This document shows positions 16,556 to 27,171 of a DNA stretch of 64,000 nucleotides, in pieces. The translations under genes were made by a program, and so were the position numbers. Position 1 is the stretch's first letter; every line of letters starts with the position of its first letter. The notes beneath the pieces were generated by a model. It made no database searches, had not been told where the DNA came from, and was given only the letters and a program-made list of their open reading frames with translations. Source of the DNA: an uncultured Acidobacteriota bacterium (lineage in GTDB: Bacteria; Acidobacteriota; Terriglobia; Acidiferrales; UBA7541); the NCBI GenBank assembly GCA_963756355.1, contig CAVWOD010000006.1, forward strand, positions 26,933-90,932. Direction: 5' to 3'.

Positions 16556-19380
16556 TTATGGGGCCGCCTGGATCAGCGGGTTGATGATGTTGGCCAGCGC
16601 TGCGTCGGAGATGGTCTTCTCGATGTAGAAACGCTGGTTGGCTGGCGATTGCGTCCAGGTGTTGGCTCCGGTCGAGGCGTCTACCGTGGTGTTGCCGTTC
16701 GATCCGCCGAAGACGAAGGTGGTGCCCAGGCCGCGCACCGCGTACAGGATCGCGGCTTGCGTCCACGCTCCCACCATATTCGAGCAATACTTTCCATTGC
16801 TGCAGAACAGGTTGTAGGCCAACTTGATCGGGTTGCTGTTCGGATCGGCGTTGGCTGCCGGGCCGGTGATGGTCGAGCCGCCTACTTCATTTCCCACCGA
16901 AATGATGGCCGTGGGCCAGTTGGCGAACACATAGCTGGCTGCCACCGAATCGAATGCGAAGTTCGACGTGCCGGGATTTCCCGAACTGGGGAACCAGCCC
17001 GACGCCGGAATCAGCGCCGCCACTTTCTGGGCTACCAGTTGCGAGCCGGTCTTCGGGCTGATCGAATCCGCCGGACTCTTCAGCAGGGCCATCAGCGGTT
17101 CGTAGAAGCCGCCGGCCACGATGTAGACGCTGCCATTCGGCGCCGCCGCCAGCGCTTGCCGGTAGACCGTGGTGGAATCCGGGAAGTTCGCGCGGGTCTG
17201 GCTGGAGTTGCCGAATTGCGCGGCCACTTGCTGGGTGTAATAGCTGAACGTGCTGCTGTAGCTGTTCGGCGTGTTGCCTTGATACGCGCCGATGGGCGTG
17301 GCGGCGTGATTGTAATAAGAGGCTATCGCAGCCGCTGCCGGTGCGCTGTAGGGATTGGTGGACGAGATGATGATCGCCAGCACGTTCGATTCTTTCCGTT
17401 TGGTGAGCTGCCACAACAGCGCCATGTCGCCCACGTCGTCGGTGTCATCCGCCAGGTCGTCGTCCAAAATCACATTCACCGCGCCAGCGGTAAGCGGCGG
17501 GGTAACGTTGATGGTGGTCTGAGCGGTGGAAGTGCCGCCGTTGTTCGTCGCGGTCAGCGTGTAGGTGGTAGTCACCGTGGGCGAAACCGTGATCGAGGAA
17601 GTTCCCGTCACGCTGCCCACTCCGCCGTTGATCGAAAGCGTCAGCGCTCCGGTGACGGACCATGAAAGAGTGGAGCTTGATCCCGAATTAATCGCCGTGG
17701 GATTCGCCGTGAACGAACTGATGGCCGGCTTGGGATTCGATACCTTCACCGATACGGCCGTGGAAGTTGCCGAGTTATTCGACGTATCGGTAGCGACCGC
17801 GGTCAGAGTGTGATTGGCGTTGGTCGCCGGCGTGGTATCCCACGACATCGTGTAGGGCGCAGTTGTGATCGCGCTTCCCAGATTCGCTCCGTCCAACTGG
17901 AATTGAACGCTGGCCACGGCCACGTTGTCTGAAGCATTGGCCATCAGGGTTACCGTGCCGTTCACCGTCGTTCCCGCGGTGGGCGAGGTGATCGAAACCG
18001 TGGGCGGAACCGTTTCCGCCGTGACGGTGAGGGTCGTCTGCGAAGTCACCGTGCCGTTGCTGTTCGTCGCCGTCAGCGTGTACGTGGTGGTCGTCGTGGG
18101 AGACACAACTTTTGAGGTGGTTCCCGTAACCGTGCCCACTCCGCCGCTGATCGAAAGCGTGGGCGCCGGCGTGCCCGTGACCGTCCACGATAACGTGGAC
18201 GAGTTGCCATTCGAGATCGACGCAGGCGTGGCGATAAACGATGAAATCACCGGAGGCGTATTCGAAACGGTGACCCCGACGCCAGCCGAAGTGGCGGTGT
18301 TCCCGGAAGTATCGGTGGCCACGGCCGTCAAGGTGTGCGCGGCGTTCGAAGCTGCCGTGGAATTCCAGGAAATCGAATAAGGCGAAGTAGTGATTGCCGC
18401 GCCAATGTTGGCGCCATCGAGCTTGAATTGCACGCTGGCCACGGCAACGTTATCGGCTGCGTTGGCGGACACCGTAACCGTGCCGGTCAAAGTGGATCCC
18501 GCGGTGGGAGCCGTCATCGAAACCGTGGGAGGAGTGGTGTCGGAGGCCGGCGTCGTGCCCGTGAGCCCGACTTGGTGCGGGCTGCCCGCGGCGTTGTCTG
18601 AAATGGTGACCGAGCCGGACTGGCTTCCCGAGACCGTCGGAGAAAATTTGACGCTGATGGTGCAACTCGCGTTGGCAGCGAGCTTCGAAGGGCTCAGCGG
18701 ACAGGTGTTCGTCTGTGAGAATGGCGCGCCGGCTGCGATGCTCGAAATGGTGAGGGCCGCGGTACCCGTATTGGTGAGCGTGACGCCTTGCGCCGCGCTG
18801 GTGGTGTTCACTGCCTGATTCGCAAACGTCAAGCTAGCCGCCGACAACGTAACGGCCGGCGCTGTTGTAACGGTTCCCGTGCCAGAAAGGCTGATGGATT
18901 GAGGGCTGTTCGCTGCGTTATCCGCGGCCAGGAAAGTTGCCGTGCGCGTGCCTGCCGCGCTGGGCGTGAAAGTGATGTTGGCGGTGCAGGACGCGCCTGC
19001 TGCCAACGAGAATGGACAGTTGGTGGTGAACGAAAAATCGCTGGCGTTGCTTCCCGTAAATGAGCCGCTGACCAACTGCAGGGCTAAGGTTCCGGTATTC
19101 GTTACCGTCAAAGTTTGCGCCGCGCTCTGCGTGCCTACCGTTTGGCTGGCGAAGGTGAAGCTCGAAGGCGCCAGGGTGACTACTGGCGAACCCTGCGCCT
19201 GCACCGTTCCCGGCGCCACGATCGAAAATCCAACCAGGATCATCAGCAGGACGAGCACTTTCCCGGGGCGCAGTCGAGCGAGGAGTTCTGCTTGGGCATC
19301 CCCAAATGACTGAGAATGTGAGCGAGACCGGCCGTGTGCGGGGCCTGTACCATGCTGTTGACAGGTCACTTGCTCGTTCA
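16556..19380 (-). CDS. Secreted multidomain protein: 2 choice-of-anchor-D/HYDIN-type Ig domains, 2 x ~172-175-aa (Ig-like + beta-sandwich) modules, C-terminal nucleoside-hydrolase-like domain
   Basis: Start assigned to GTG 19380 (GGAGG 6 nt upstream). Signal-like KVLVLLMILVGFSIVAPGTVQAQG. Domain repeats of the type SLTFA.Q.V.T.S..Q..TLTNTG...L.I. A diverged tandem module pair lies at 18541-18017 and 18016-17501. The last 307 aa (17479-16559) begin VNVILDDDLADDTDDVGDMALL, resembling the IUNH DxDxxxDD motif. Confidence 0.7.
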
Positions 19381-19771
19381 CAAACCACCTCCGGAGGGAT
19401 GATCGTTCCACAGTACTGCCAGCCGTTAGAGACACGCGAAGCTTGCCCATGCAGCCTCTAGGTGCAATCCAAAGCCCATACCATCTCCAGCTAAATAAAG
19501 GGGTTAGCGTGTACAGCCTAGGAACACAAGAGGCCATTTGCCCAATCCACTTCCACAGAAGAGAAATCCCTTTCCCTCCCCTCCTGTACCAAAGGACAGA
19601 CACAAACTGTCCGTTAGGACAGGCCCCCCACCTGTACCCCCCACCTGCACCTGCCAGGCGCGCAAAAAAGGAATTGTGAGCGAGCGAAACGATTTGCCAA
19701 TGGGAAGTGCATGAGACGCGAACGAGAAACGTGGGTGCGTCCAAATTGCGAAATACTTTTGGGCAAGAAAA

Positions 19772-21088
19772 CTAGTGAGAAAGAAGAATGCGAAAATCGC
19801 GCAAATTATTTCCGGTAGGACCTGTGATGATCGCGTCGCTGAGGCGCTCAAAGAAGGAATAAGAGTCGCTGCGTTTAAAAAAGTCCGCTGGATCAAGGTT
19901 CGCCGCTTGTGCCCGCCGCAAGGTATCACCGTCGGCCACCGCACCAGCCGCCATGCTATTGCCATCGATTCCGTCGGTTCCCGCGCTGAGAACGGAAACC
20001 GGGCGGCCGGCAATTTTTTCGACGCAGGCGAGGACTAAGGCGGAGTTTCGTCCGCCCAAACCGTTGCCCGTCACAGGGCTGCTGACTTCTCCATCCGAAA
20101 TCACAGCTACTGGTATCCCGGGTTGGGTCAATTGAAGTTCGGCAAGCTGCGCGAGCAAATAATCGGCGGCTTTTTCGATCGGCCAGCCGTCCGTTGAATC
20201 GTCGCAGATAGCCAGAAAGCCGTGCGCTCCGGCGGCCTGATGTCCGTGATGAAACAAATCGTGCATGCCGAGCAGGAGAGAGAAATCGGCACGGGCGAAT
20301 GCCGGATCATTTTCCTTGGGAGTTTCGCGAAGTGTTTGCGCAAGAAAAGTTTCTTGAATTGCCGGCGGCAATTTAGGCAGCAGGGAAAATTCCCGCACAA
20401 CGCGCTGGGCATCTTGCACCGTGGTGGGATCGGGCAAAGTGGGCCCAGAGGCCAGAGCCGACTCGTGGCCTTGCGGAACATCGGAAACGCCCAGGGTAAT
20501 TTTCGTCGCTCGTGGAGCGGCAGCGGCCAGACGGCCGCCCTTGGTGGCAGAAAGATGTTTGCGCACTGCGTTGATCTGTTCGATCGGAGCGCCACAGGTG
20601 ACGAGCGCGCGATGAAGATGCTGAAAATCCTCGAGCGAAATATTAGGATCCAGCGGCTGCTCGACAAGCGCCGACCCTCCGCCGGACAGCAAAAAGAAAA
20701 TAAGCGTGCGTTCATCACACGCGGAGAGACGGCGCAAGATTGCGTTTCCCGCACGAAAACTTTCCGCCGTCGGCACGGGATGGCCGGCGACAATCATCTC
20801 CCAACCGGGCAGCGTTCTCGGCGGTACAGAGGACGTAACCAGAATGCCGCTGACTTCAAAATCCGGAGCCAGAAGGTCCGCGAGACCTTCGGCCATTGGG
20901 AAAGCAGCTTTGCCGATGGCGATTCCGACGATTTCTTCATACCCGGCAAGATCGATTGTGCGATCCGCAACCTGAATGCAAGTACCACTGCGAGCGAGCT
21001 TGTCTACCAGCGTGGAGCGAATATCGATTGCAGCCAGCGTTTCTTGAAATATCTTCAGCGCGATATTCTTCAAGTCTTGCAAAGGCAC
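19772..21088 (-). CDS. Glycerate kinase, MOFRL family (DUF4147 + MOFRL; glycerate 2-kinase / hydroxypyruvate reductase-type annotation)
   Basis: 438 aa with VAGHPVPT, FLLSGGGSAL and the C-terminal SAGTDGIDGNS...TGPTGNNLRDF pattern. Confidence 0.8.
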   Translation of the reverse strand: MPLQDLKNIALKIFQETLAAIDIRSTLVDKLARSGTCIQVADRTIDLAGYEEIVGIAIGKAAFPMAEGLADLLAPDFEVSGILVTSSVPPRTLPGWEMIVAGHPVPTAESFRAGNAILRRLSACDERTLIFFLLSGGGSALVEQPLDPNISLEDFQHLHRALVTCGAPIEQINAVRKHLSATKGGRLAAAAPRATKITLGVSDVPQGHESALASGPTLPDPTTVQDAQRVVREFSLLPKLPPAIQETFLAQTLRETPKENDPAFARADFSLLLGMHDLFHHGHQAAGAHGFLAICDDSTDGWPIEKAADYLLAQLAELQLTQPGIPVAVISDGEVSSPVTGNGLGGRNSALVLACVEKIAGRPVSVLSAGTDGIDGNSMAAGAVADGDTLRRAQAANLDPADFFKRSDSYSFFERLSDAIITGPTGNNLRDFRILLSH

Positions 21089-21126
21089 AACTCCCCGATC
21101 GGGCGATCCGCACCAGCTAAGAACTC

Positions 21127-21561
21127 TCAGGCTTTCTCTAACACGAGGGCTCCGGCGCGAGCCACGTCAACGTCCTGGTCCTCCGTGCCAGCACTGACAC
21201 CGATAGACCCGACCGGCTGGCCATCCACGATCAGAGGAATCCCGCCGCGAATCGGAATTTGATATTTGGGGCAGGCCAAGGCAAGCCCCAGAGCCAGCAC
21301 AACATTTGGCTGGTCGCCAGACATTGCGGGACCGGTGGGAGAGCGGCGGACGGCCGCGGCTCGAGCTTTCACCATCGCGATCTCGATGGAGGATAGTTTC
21401 GCTCCATCCATGCGGGAAAATAAGAGCAAATGGCCGCCTTCATCCATGATCGCAATGCTCATGGGGCAATTCATTTCCAAAGCGCGTTGCTGGGACGCAG
21501 CGAGCACCGCGCGGGCGCCTTCTAGAGTCAATTTAGGATGATTCCGCGTAACCAGATGCAT
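21127..21561 (-). CDS. glcG: GlcG/HbpS-like heme-binding protein (DUF336)
   Basis: 144 aa with IAIMDEGGHLLLFSRMDGA and GGIPLIVDGQPVGSIGVSAGT motifs. Confidence 0.8.
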   Translation of the reverse strand: MHLVTRNHPKLTLEGARAVLAASQQRALEMNCPMSIAIMDEGGHLLLFSRMDGAKLSSIEIAMVKARAAAVRRSPTGPAMSGDQPNVVLALGLALACPKYQIPIRGGIPLIVDGQPVGSIGVSAGTEDQDVDVARAGALVLEKA

Positions 21562-21598
21562 GAATATCTCCGAGATTCTTTAGTTTTATGGAGCGCTG

Positions 21599-22576
21599 CT
21601 ATTCGAGCACTTCGGGATTCAGAGCGTTGGGCGGACGCTTGCCCTGGAACAGAGCCACGACATTTTCCGCCGCCATCACAGCCATTTTTGTGCGCGTTTC
21701 GACTGATGCGCTGGCAATATGCGGGGCCAGGATCACGTCTTTGCGCTCGATGAGCGCCGGGTGTGCTTTCGGTTCATTCTCGTAAACGTCGAGACCAGCG
21801 CCCGCTAACTTTTTGGCCTCCAGCGCCGCGGCCAATGCGCCTTCGTCCACCACTGGCCCGCGCGAAGTGTTGATCAGGTACGCGGTCGGTTTCATCTTGG
21901 CTAGATTCTGAGCGTTGATCAAGTGCCGTGTGGAAGGAAGCAAAGGAACATGCACGGAAATGAAATCCGATTCAGCAAAGAGGCGATCCAGGCTGACGAA
22001 CTCCGCGTGAAGTTCTTTTTCGACTTCGGGAGAAACGCGTTGCGCGTCGTGGTAAATAACACGCATGTTGAAGCCATGCGAGCGGCGAGCGAGCCCACGG
22101 CCAATCCTGCCGAATCCGATGATGCCAAGGGTCTTCCCCCAAACATCGCCACCGCAAAGCTGGTCCAGGTCCCAGCCCGGCCAGGTTCCCGAGCGCATCC
22201 AGGCATCCGCTTCGACCAGCCTGCGCGCCACCGCCATGATTAGAGTCCAGGCAAAGTCCGCGGTTGTGTCGTCGAGCACGCCGGGAGTATTTGTAGCGAC
22301 AACTTTGTGCCTGGAGCAGGCGGCGAGATCTATATTGTCGTATCCAACGGAAACGGTGGAGGCGATGCGCAGTCTGGGAGCGGCTTCGAGCAACTCTTCG
22401 TTTACTTTTTCAGTGAGCAGGCAAACCAGAGCGTCTTTATCCGCAACCCGCTGGAGCAGTTCGTGGCGGGAAATTCGATCCGGATCCGTCCAATATTCCA
22501 CTTCGAAATGCTGGTTGAGAATGTTTCGCGCCGCTTCGAACAGCGGGCGCGTCGAAAGGACCTTTGGCTTACTCAC
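21599..22576 (-). CDS. D-2-hydroxyacid dehydrogenase (glyoxylate/hydroxypyruvate reductase type)
   Basis: NAD motif LGIIGFGRIGRGLARR and the catalytic region INTSRGPVVDEGAL...LDVYENEP...PHIASAS. Confidence 0.85.
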   Translation of the reverse strand: MSKPKVLSTRPLFEAARNILNQHFEVEYWTDPDRISRHELLQRVADKDALVCLLTEKVNEELLEAAPRLRIASTVSVGYDNIDLAACSRHKVVATNTPGVLDDTTADFAWTLIMAVARRLVEADAWMRSGTWPGWDLDQLCGGDVWGKTLGIIGFGRIGRGLARRSHGFNMRVIYHDAQRVSPEVEKELHAEFVSLDRLFAESDFISVHVPLLPSTRHLINAQNLAKMKPTAYLINTSRGPVVDEGALAAALEAKKLAGAGLDVYENEPKAHPALIERKDVILAPHIASASVETRTKMAVMAAENVVALFQGKRPPNALNPEVLE

Positions 22577-22835
22577 GCATCACCCCAGAGTGCAAAATTA
22601 AGAGTTGGTCAGTAGCATAGAATCGAGAGAAGTGTCAACGCAGCGTACCGAAAGATATTGCGGCAGAGCGCGCAGAAGAAGCGCAATCGCGCGGAATCTG
22701 CAGCGGTGAAAATTTAGCATGGGAATGGGATGAATATGAACACCGGCCGGCATGACGGCGCGTTCGTTGACTCCGCGGCGGACGCGCGACTATAGTGGCA
22801 AACGAGGCGCGGCGAATTTTCCCCTCCTGAAATCC

Positions 22836-24278
22836 ATGGACGCAAAACTGCTTCGCGAACTCGAAGATGTGCTCGGCCCTCACGGCGTGCTGCATACGCA
22901 AGATGATCTTATGCTTTATGAGTACGACGGATCCGTGGAAATCGCGCGGCCGGATTGCGTGGCCTTTCCGCGGGAGACAGCGCATGTAGTTAAGATTGTC
23001 GAACTGGCGAACCGTTACCAAATTCCGATGGTGGGCCGCGGGTCCGGCACCGGACTTTCGGGCGGGGCGATCGCAAGGCATGGAGGAATCCTTGTGGTTT
23101 TTTCGCGAATGAATCGAATCCTGGAAATTGACATTGAGAACCAGCGCGCCGTGGTTCAGCCAGGCGTGGTGAATTCTGATTTGTCGTTGGCAGTCAAGCA
23201 CGCGGGGCTGCACTACGCTCCTGATCCATCGAGCCAGAAAGCGTGCACGATCGGCGGCAATGTCTCCGAGAATGCCGGCGGGCCGCATACACTGGCCTAC
23301 GGGGTAACGGCAAATCACGTCCTCAGCCTGGAAATGGTGATGCCCACCGGCGAAACAATCCGGGTGGGCGGAAAAGCACTCGATTCTCCCGGCTACGATT
23401 TAACCGGGCTTTTCGTTGGTTCGGAAGGCACCTTCGCCTTCGTCACTGAAATCACGGTGAAATTAACCAGGAATCCCGAAACCATCAAGACCCTGCTGGC
23501 GATTTACGACCGGGTGGACGACGCCACAGAGAGCGTTGTGGAAATTACGGCGCGAGGGATCACTCCTGCCGCGTGCGAAATGCTGGATGGCTGGACGATT
23601 CGCGCGGTAGAAGCCTGGGTGCATGCAGGTTTTCCGCCGGATTGCACCGCACTGCTGCTGCTGGAAGTGGATGGACTGCGTGAAGCCGCGGAGCCCCAAG
23701 CAGAGGAGATTGCCGAAGTATGCAAGTTGCACCACGCACGCGAAGTGCGAGTGGCGCGCGATGCGAAGGAGCGCGACCTGCTTTGGAAGGCGCGCAAGAA
23801 TGCATTCGGAGCCGTGGGCCGGCTGTCGCCCACCTATTACACACAAGACGGAGTAATTCCCCGCACCAAACTGCCGGCAACGCTCCGGCGAATTGAAGAG
23901 ATCGGGAAGAAATATGGTTTCGAGGTTGGCAATATCTTTCACGCGGGCGATGGCAATCTCCACCCGATTATTCTGTTCGATGCGCGCGATCCGGAACAAT
24001 TCCGGCGCGCCGTGGCCACGGCGGATGAAATCATTGCGTGGTGCGTCGAGGCGGGCGGCACAATCACCGGCGAGCACGGCGTGGGAATGGAAAAGGACCG
24101 GCTGATGCCGCTGCTTTTTAGCGAAGAGGAACTCAAGTTGATGCGCAGCGTGCGCGACGCCTTCAATCCTCAAGGACTTTTGAATCCCGGCAAGATTTTC
24201 CCGAGCGGCAAGGGCTGCGGCGAAATCCATGTGCGGCCTTTGCCGGTGAAGGGCGATCCATTGGCACCTTCCAGATGA
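22836..24278 (+). CDS. glcD: Glycolate oxidase subunit GlcD (FAD-linked oxidase)
   Basis: FAD-binding PCMH pattern VGRGSGTGLSGGA and C-terminal GGTITGEHGVGMEK. Followed by glcE and glcF. Start taken at ATG 22836. Confidence 0.85.
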   Translation: MDAKLLRELEDVLGPHGVLHTQDDLMLYEYDGSVEIARPDCVAFPRETAHVVKIVELANRYQIPMVGRGSGTGLSGGAIARHGGILVVFSRMNRILEIDIENQRAVVQPGVVNSDLSLAVKHAGLHYAPDPSSQKACTIGGNVSENAGGPHTLAYGVTANHVLSLEMVMPTGETIRVGGKALDSPGYDLTGLFVGSEGTFAFVTEITVKLTRNPETIKTLLAIYDRVDDATESVVEITARGITPAACEMLDGWTIRAVEAWVHAGFPPDCTALLLLEVDGLREAAEPQAEEIAEVCKLHHAREVRVARDAKERDLLWKARKNAFGAVGRLSPTYYTQDGVIPRTKLPATLRRIEEIGKKYGFEVGNIFHAGDGNLHPIILFDARDPEQFRRAVATADEIIAWCVEAGGTITGEHGVGMEKDRLMPLLFSEEELKLMRSVRDAFNPQGLLNPGKIFPSGKGCGEIHVRPLPVKGDPLAPSR

Positions 24279-25672
24279 CATTCGCGGCCCGCAGCACTGT
24301 TACGGCACAGCTTTGCGATATCGTGGGCAGCGAGCATTTGACCGCTGACCAGGGGCAACTTGCCGGCTACGAGGTCGATGGCGTGCGGCCTTTCGCAGCG
24401 GCGCGCCCGGGGACTGCGGAAGAGATCTTGGAATTGGTCCGGCTTTCCGTTGCAGAGAAGCTTGCAGTGATTCCTTGCGGGTCGCGAACTAAATTGCAAA
24501 TTGGAATGCCTCCGGCCCGATATGATCTGGCGATCGAATTGACGCGGATGAACCGCGTGCTGGACTACGAGCCAGATGATCTTACGCTGGGCGTCGAAGC
24601 TGGAATCCCACTGCTCGAATTGCAGATAGCGCTTGCGGAGCGGAATCAATTCCTGCCGCTAGCGGCGCCGTTTTTCAGCCGAGCCACGATGGGCGGCACG
24701 ATCGCGTCCAATGTGGATACGCCATTTCGCCAAGCTTACGGGACAGCACGGGATTTTGTTCTGGGGATGGAATTTGTGTCTGGCGAAGGCGTGAAGATGA
24801 AGAGCGGGGCCCGGGTGGTGAAAAGCGTCACCGGATACGATTTGCACAAGCTGATGATCGGGGGGCTGGGGACACTGGGCATCATCACGCGCATTAATTT
24901 CAAGACATTTCCACGGCCGCGGGCAAGCCGGACTTTTCTCGCAACATTCACGGATGCGAATGACGCACTTGAGCTCCGCAATAAGATCGCCCAATCGGTA
25001 TTGACCTTGAACACGCTGGAAATTTTGAATCTACCAATGTGGCGAATGCTCGCCGGCAAAGCGACCGGCAAAATCGAGTCCTCGCTGGTTCTCGATTTCT
25101 TGGGTTCCACATCCGAGTGGATTGTAGCAACCAGCTATAGCGGCAACGAACAGATGCTCAAGCGTTGCACAACCGACCTAACAAGCATGGCGGAAGCGTC
25201 GAGCGCTGTAAGTACGTTTGTGCCTGAAGAGGCAGAAAGACGATGGGTTTGGGATCGCTTGTGCGAAGCGATTCCGATCGTGCTCGAGGCCTATCCAGCA
25301 GCCACGATTGTTCGAATATCCGTATTGCCAACGGAAATGGGAACCCTGTTCGCCAATCTGCAGCAAATCGCGGAGCAGTGCCAACTGCCAACGGCAATAC
25401 TCGCGCGAGGAATTGGAGTTATTTATTGCGCCCTGTTGCCCAGCGCCAGAGAAGATCCGCTACACAAATTAGTCAATGCTTGCGGCGCGATTTTTGGAAC
25501 AGCCCAGAAACTGGGCGGGCACGCGATGATTCCGTGGTGCCCGGCGGCGTTGAAACAGGATGTAAACGTGTGGGGCCAGCCGCGCAACGATTTTATGCTG
25601 ATGAAAAAGATAAAAAAGGTTTTTGATCCCCGTGGCATCTTCAGCCCCGGCCGCTTCGTGGGAGGGTTGTAG
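24275..25672 (+). CDS. glcE: Glycolate oxidase FAD-binding subunit GlcE
   Basis: FAD_binding_4-type protein overlapping the glcD stop by 4 nt, positioned between glcD and glcF. Confidence 0.75.
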   Translation: MTFAARSTVTAQLCDIVGSEHLTADQGQLAGYEVDGVRPFAAARPGTAEEILELVRLSVAEKLAVIPCGSRTKLQIGMPPARYDLAIELTRMNRVLDYEPDDLTLGVEAGIPLLELQIALAERNQFLPLAAPFFSRATMGGTIASNVDTPFRQAYGTARDFVLGMEFVSGEGVKMKSGARVVKSVTGYDLHKLMIGGLGTLGIITRINFKTFPRPRASRTFLATFTDANDALELRNKIAQSVLTLNTLEILNLPMWRMLAGKATGKIESSLVLDFLGSTSEWIVATSYSGNEQMLKRCTTDLTSMAEASSAVSTFVPEEAERRWVWDRLCEAIPIVLEAYPAATIVRISVLPTEMGTLFANLQQIAEQCQLPTAILARGIGVIYCALLPSAREDPLHKLVNACGAIFGTAQKLGGHAMIPWCPAALKQDVNVWGQPRNDFMLMKKIKKVFDPRGIFSPGRFVGGL

Positions 25673-25676
25673 GTTC

Positions 25677-26993
25677 ATGGCCGAGGTTCCCATTGCAACC
25701 GTGCCGCTTGAGAGTGGATTCCGCGGTTCCGAAAAACCTCAATATGAAGATCTGGCACGCTGCGTCCATTGTGGACTGTGCCTGAATCACTGTCCCACAT
25801 ACCGTCTTTGGGGAATGGAGGCGGACTCACCGCGTGGGCGAATCCGGCAAATGGAGCTGGTGGATCAAGGCAAGATGGCAGTGACGGAATCGTTCGTCAC
25901 GCATATGGACCGTTGCCTGGATTGCCGGGCGTGTGAAACGGCATGCCCTTCGGGCGTGGAATACGGCAAGCTGGTTGAATTGACGCGCGGGCAGATTGCG
26001 CAAGTTTACCGGCGGCCCTTCTTTTCCCGCGCCATAAGCGACATTGTGTATCGCAAGCTGCTGCCAAATCCTGGGCGGATCGCGGCGGTTGCCCGGCTGC
26101 TGCGGCTGTACCAGAAATCCGGCTTGCAGCGGCTGGCGCGTGCCGCGGATTTTTTGGGAATGGCGGGGCTGCGGACTAAGGATTTACTGTTGCCGCCGAT
26201 TGATTCCGATTTTTTCTTTTCACGTTTGGGCCAGACATTTCCTGCCACCGGCGTCCGGCGCGCGCGTGTGGCATTTTTTGCGGGCTGCGTGGCACAGGTA
26301 ACATTTTCAGCGCTTAACGAAGCCACCATTCGCGTGTTGCAGGCGAACGGATGCGAGGTGGTGGCGCCGCCAAGGCAACTCTGCTGCGGCGCGCTTGCCG
26401 CACATGCCGGAGTGCGCGAAACGGCCCGAGAATTAGCGCGCGCGAACATGGATTCTTTTTCCGGTGATGGTTTCGATGCCATCGTCACAAACGCGGCTGG
26501 CTGCGGATCAACGCTGAAGGAATATACGCATCTGTTTTCCGGCGTTTCCGCGGAACACGAGCGGGCCGCGGCCTTTTCGAGCAAAGTGAGGGATGTGACG
26601 GAATTCCTCGCGGAGCTCGGATTGACGGCGCGACTGAATGCATTGCCGATGCGGGTGACGTATCAGGACTCCTGCCATTTGCTGCACGGGCAGAAGATTC
26701 GCGAAGCTCCTCGCAAGCTAATCCAGTCAATTCCAGGGATTGAATTTGTCGAGATGCCGCATTCGGATTTGTGCTGCGGCTCGGCGGGCGTTTACAACGT
26801 TACGCAACCCGAAGCCTCAATGTCACTGCTGAAAGACAAGATGGCCAACGCACGGTCAACGGCTGCCCCGCTGATTGTGACGGCAAATCCGGGCTGTATC
26901 CTGCAACTGCGGGCCGGGGCAAAAATTCACAAGACCGGACAGGAAGTTCTCCACGTGGTCGAACTTCTGGAGCGTTCCATTGCCGCACCGTAG
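25677..26993 (+). CDS. glcF: Glycolate oxidase iron-sulfur subunit GlcF
   Basis: Two 4Fe-4S motifs (CVHCGLCLNHCP, CLDCRACETACP) plus two CCG cysteine-rich domains. Confidence 0.85.
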   Translation: MAEVPIATVPLESGFRGSEKPQYEDLARCVHCGLCLNHCPTYRLWGMEADSPRGRIRQMELVDQGKMAVTESFVTHMDRCLDCRACETACPSGVEYGKLVELTRGQIAQVYRRPFFSRAISDIVYRKLLPNPGRIAAVARLLRLYQKSGLQRLARAADFLGMAGLRTKDLLLPPIDSDFFFSRLGQTFPATGVRRARVAFFAGCVAQVTFSALNEATIRVLQANGCEVVAPPRQLCCGALAAHAGVRETARELARANMDSFSGDGFDAIVTNAAGCGSTLKEYTHLFSGVSAEHERAAAFSSKVRDVTEFLAELGLTARLNALPMRVTYQDSCHLLHGQKIREAPRKLIQSIPGIEFVEMPHSDLCCGSAGVYNVTQPEASMSLLKDKMANARSTAAPLIVTANPGCILQLRAGAKIHKTGQEVLHVVELLERSIAAP

Positions 26994-27171
26994 TCACATC
27001 TCTGTAACATTTCTTAGGACACGGAATAGGATACGATCTTGACCCACGGGGTAGCGTTTCGTACTTTATAAGGCGCTGCTCAAGGTTGGCGATTGTCTTT
27101 GCAGGCCAATCACTTGGCGTCGCTGCTGGGACGAAGAGTCCAAATCAGAATCTAGCTAATCCGGAGGCACC

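Noticed and set aside
16508-17665. 385-aa plus-strand ORF, and many similar Arg/Gly/Ala-rich ORFs (for example 6393-7142, 6544-7347, 9181-9921, 22635-23318, 36577-37407, 53405-54370, 38121-39053)
   Set aside because: All lie opposite or out of frame to genes with strong family motifs. They have biased R/G/A/P composition typical of spurious ORFs in GC-rich DNA.
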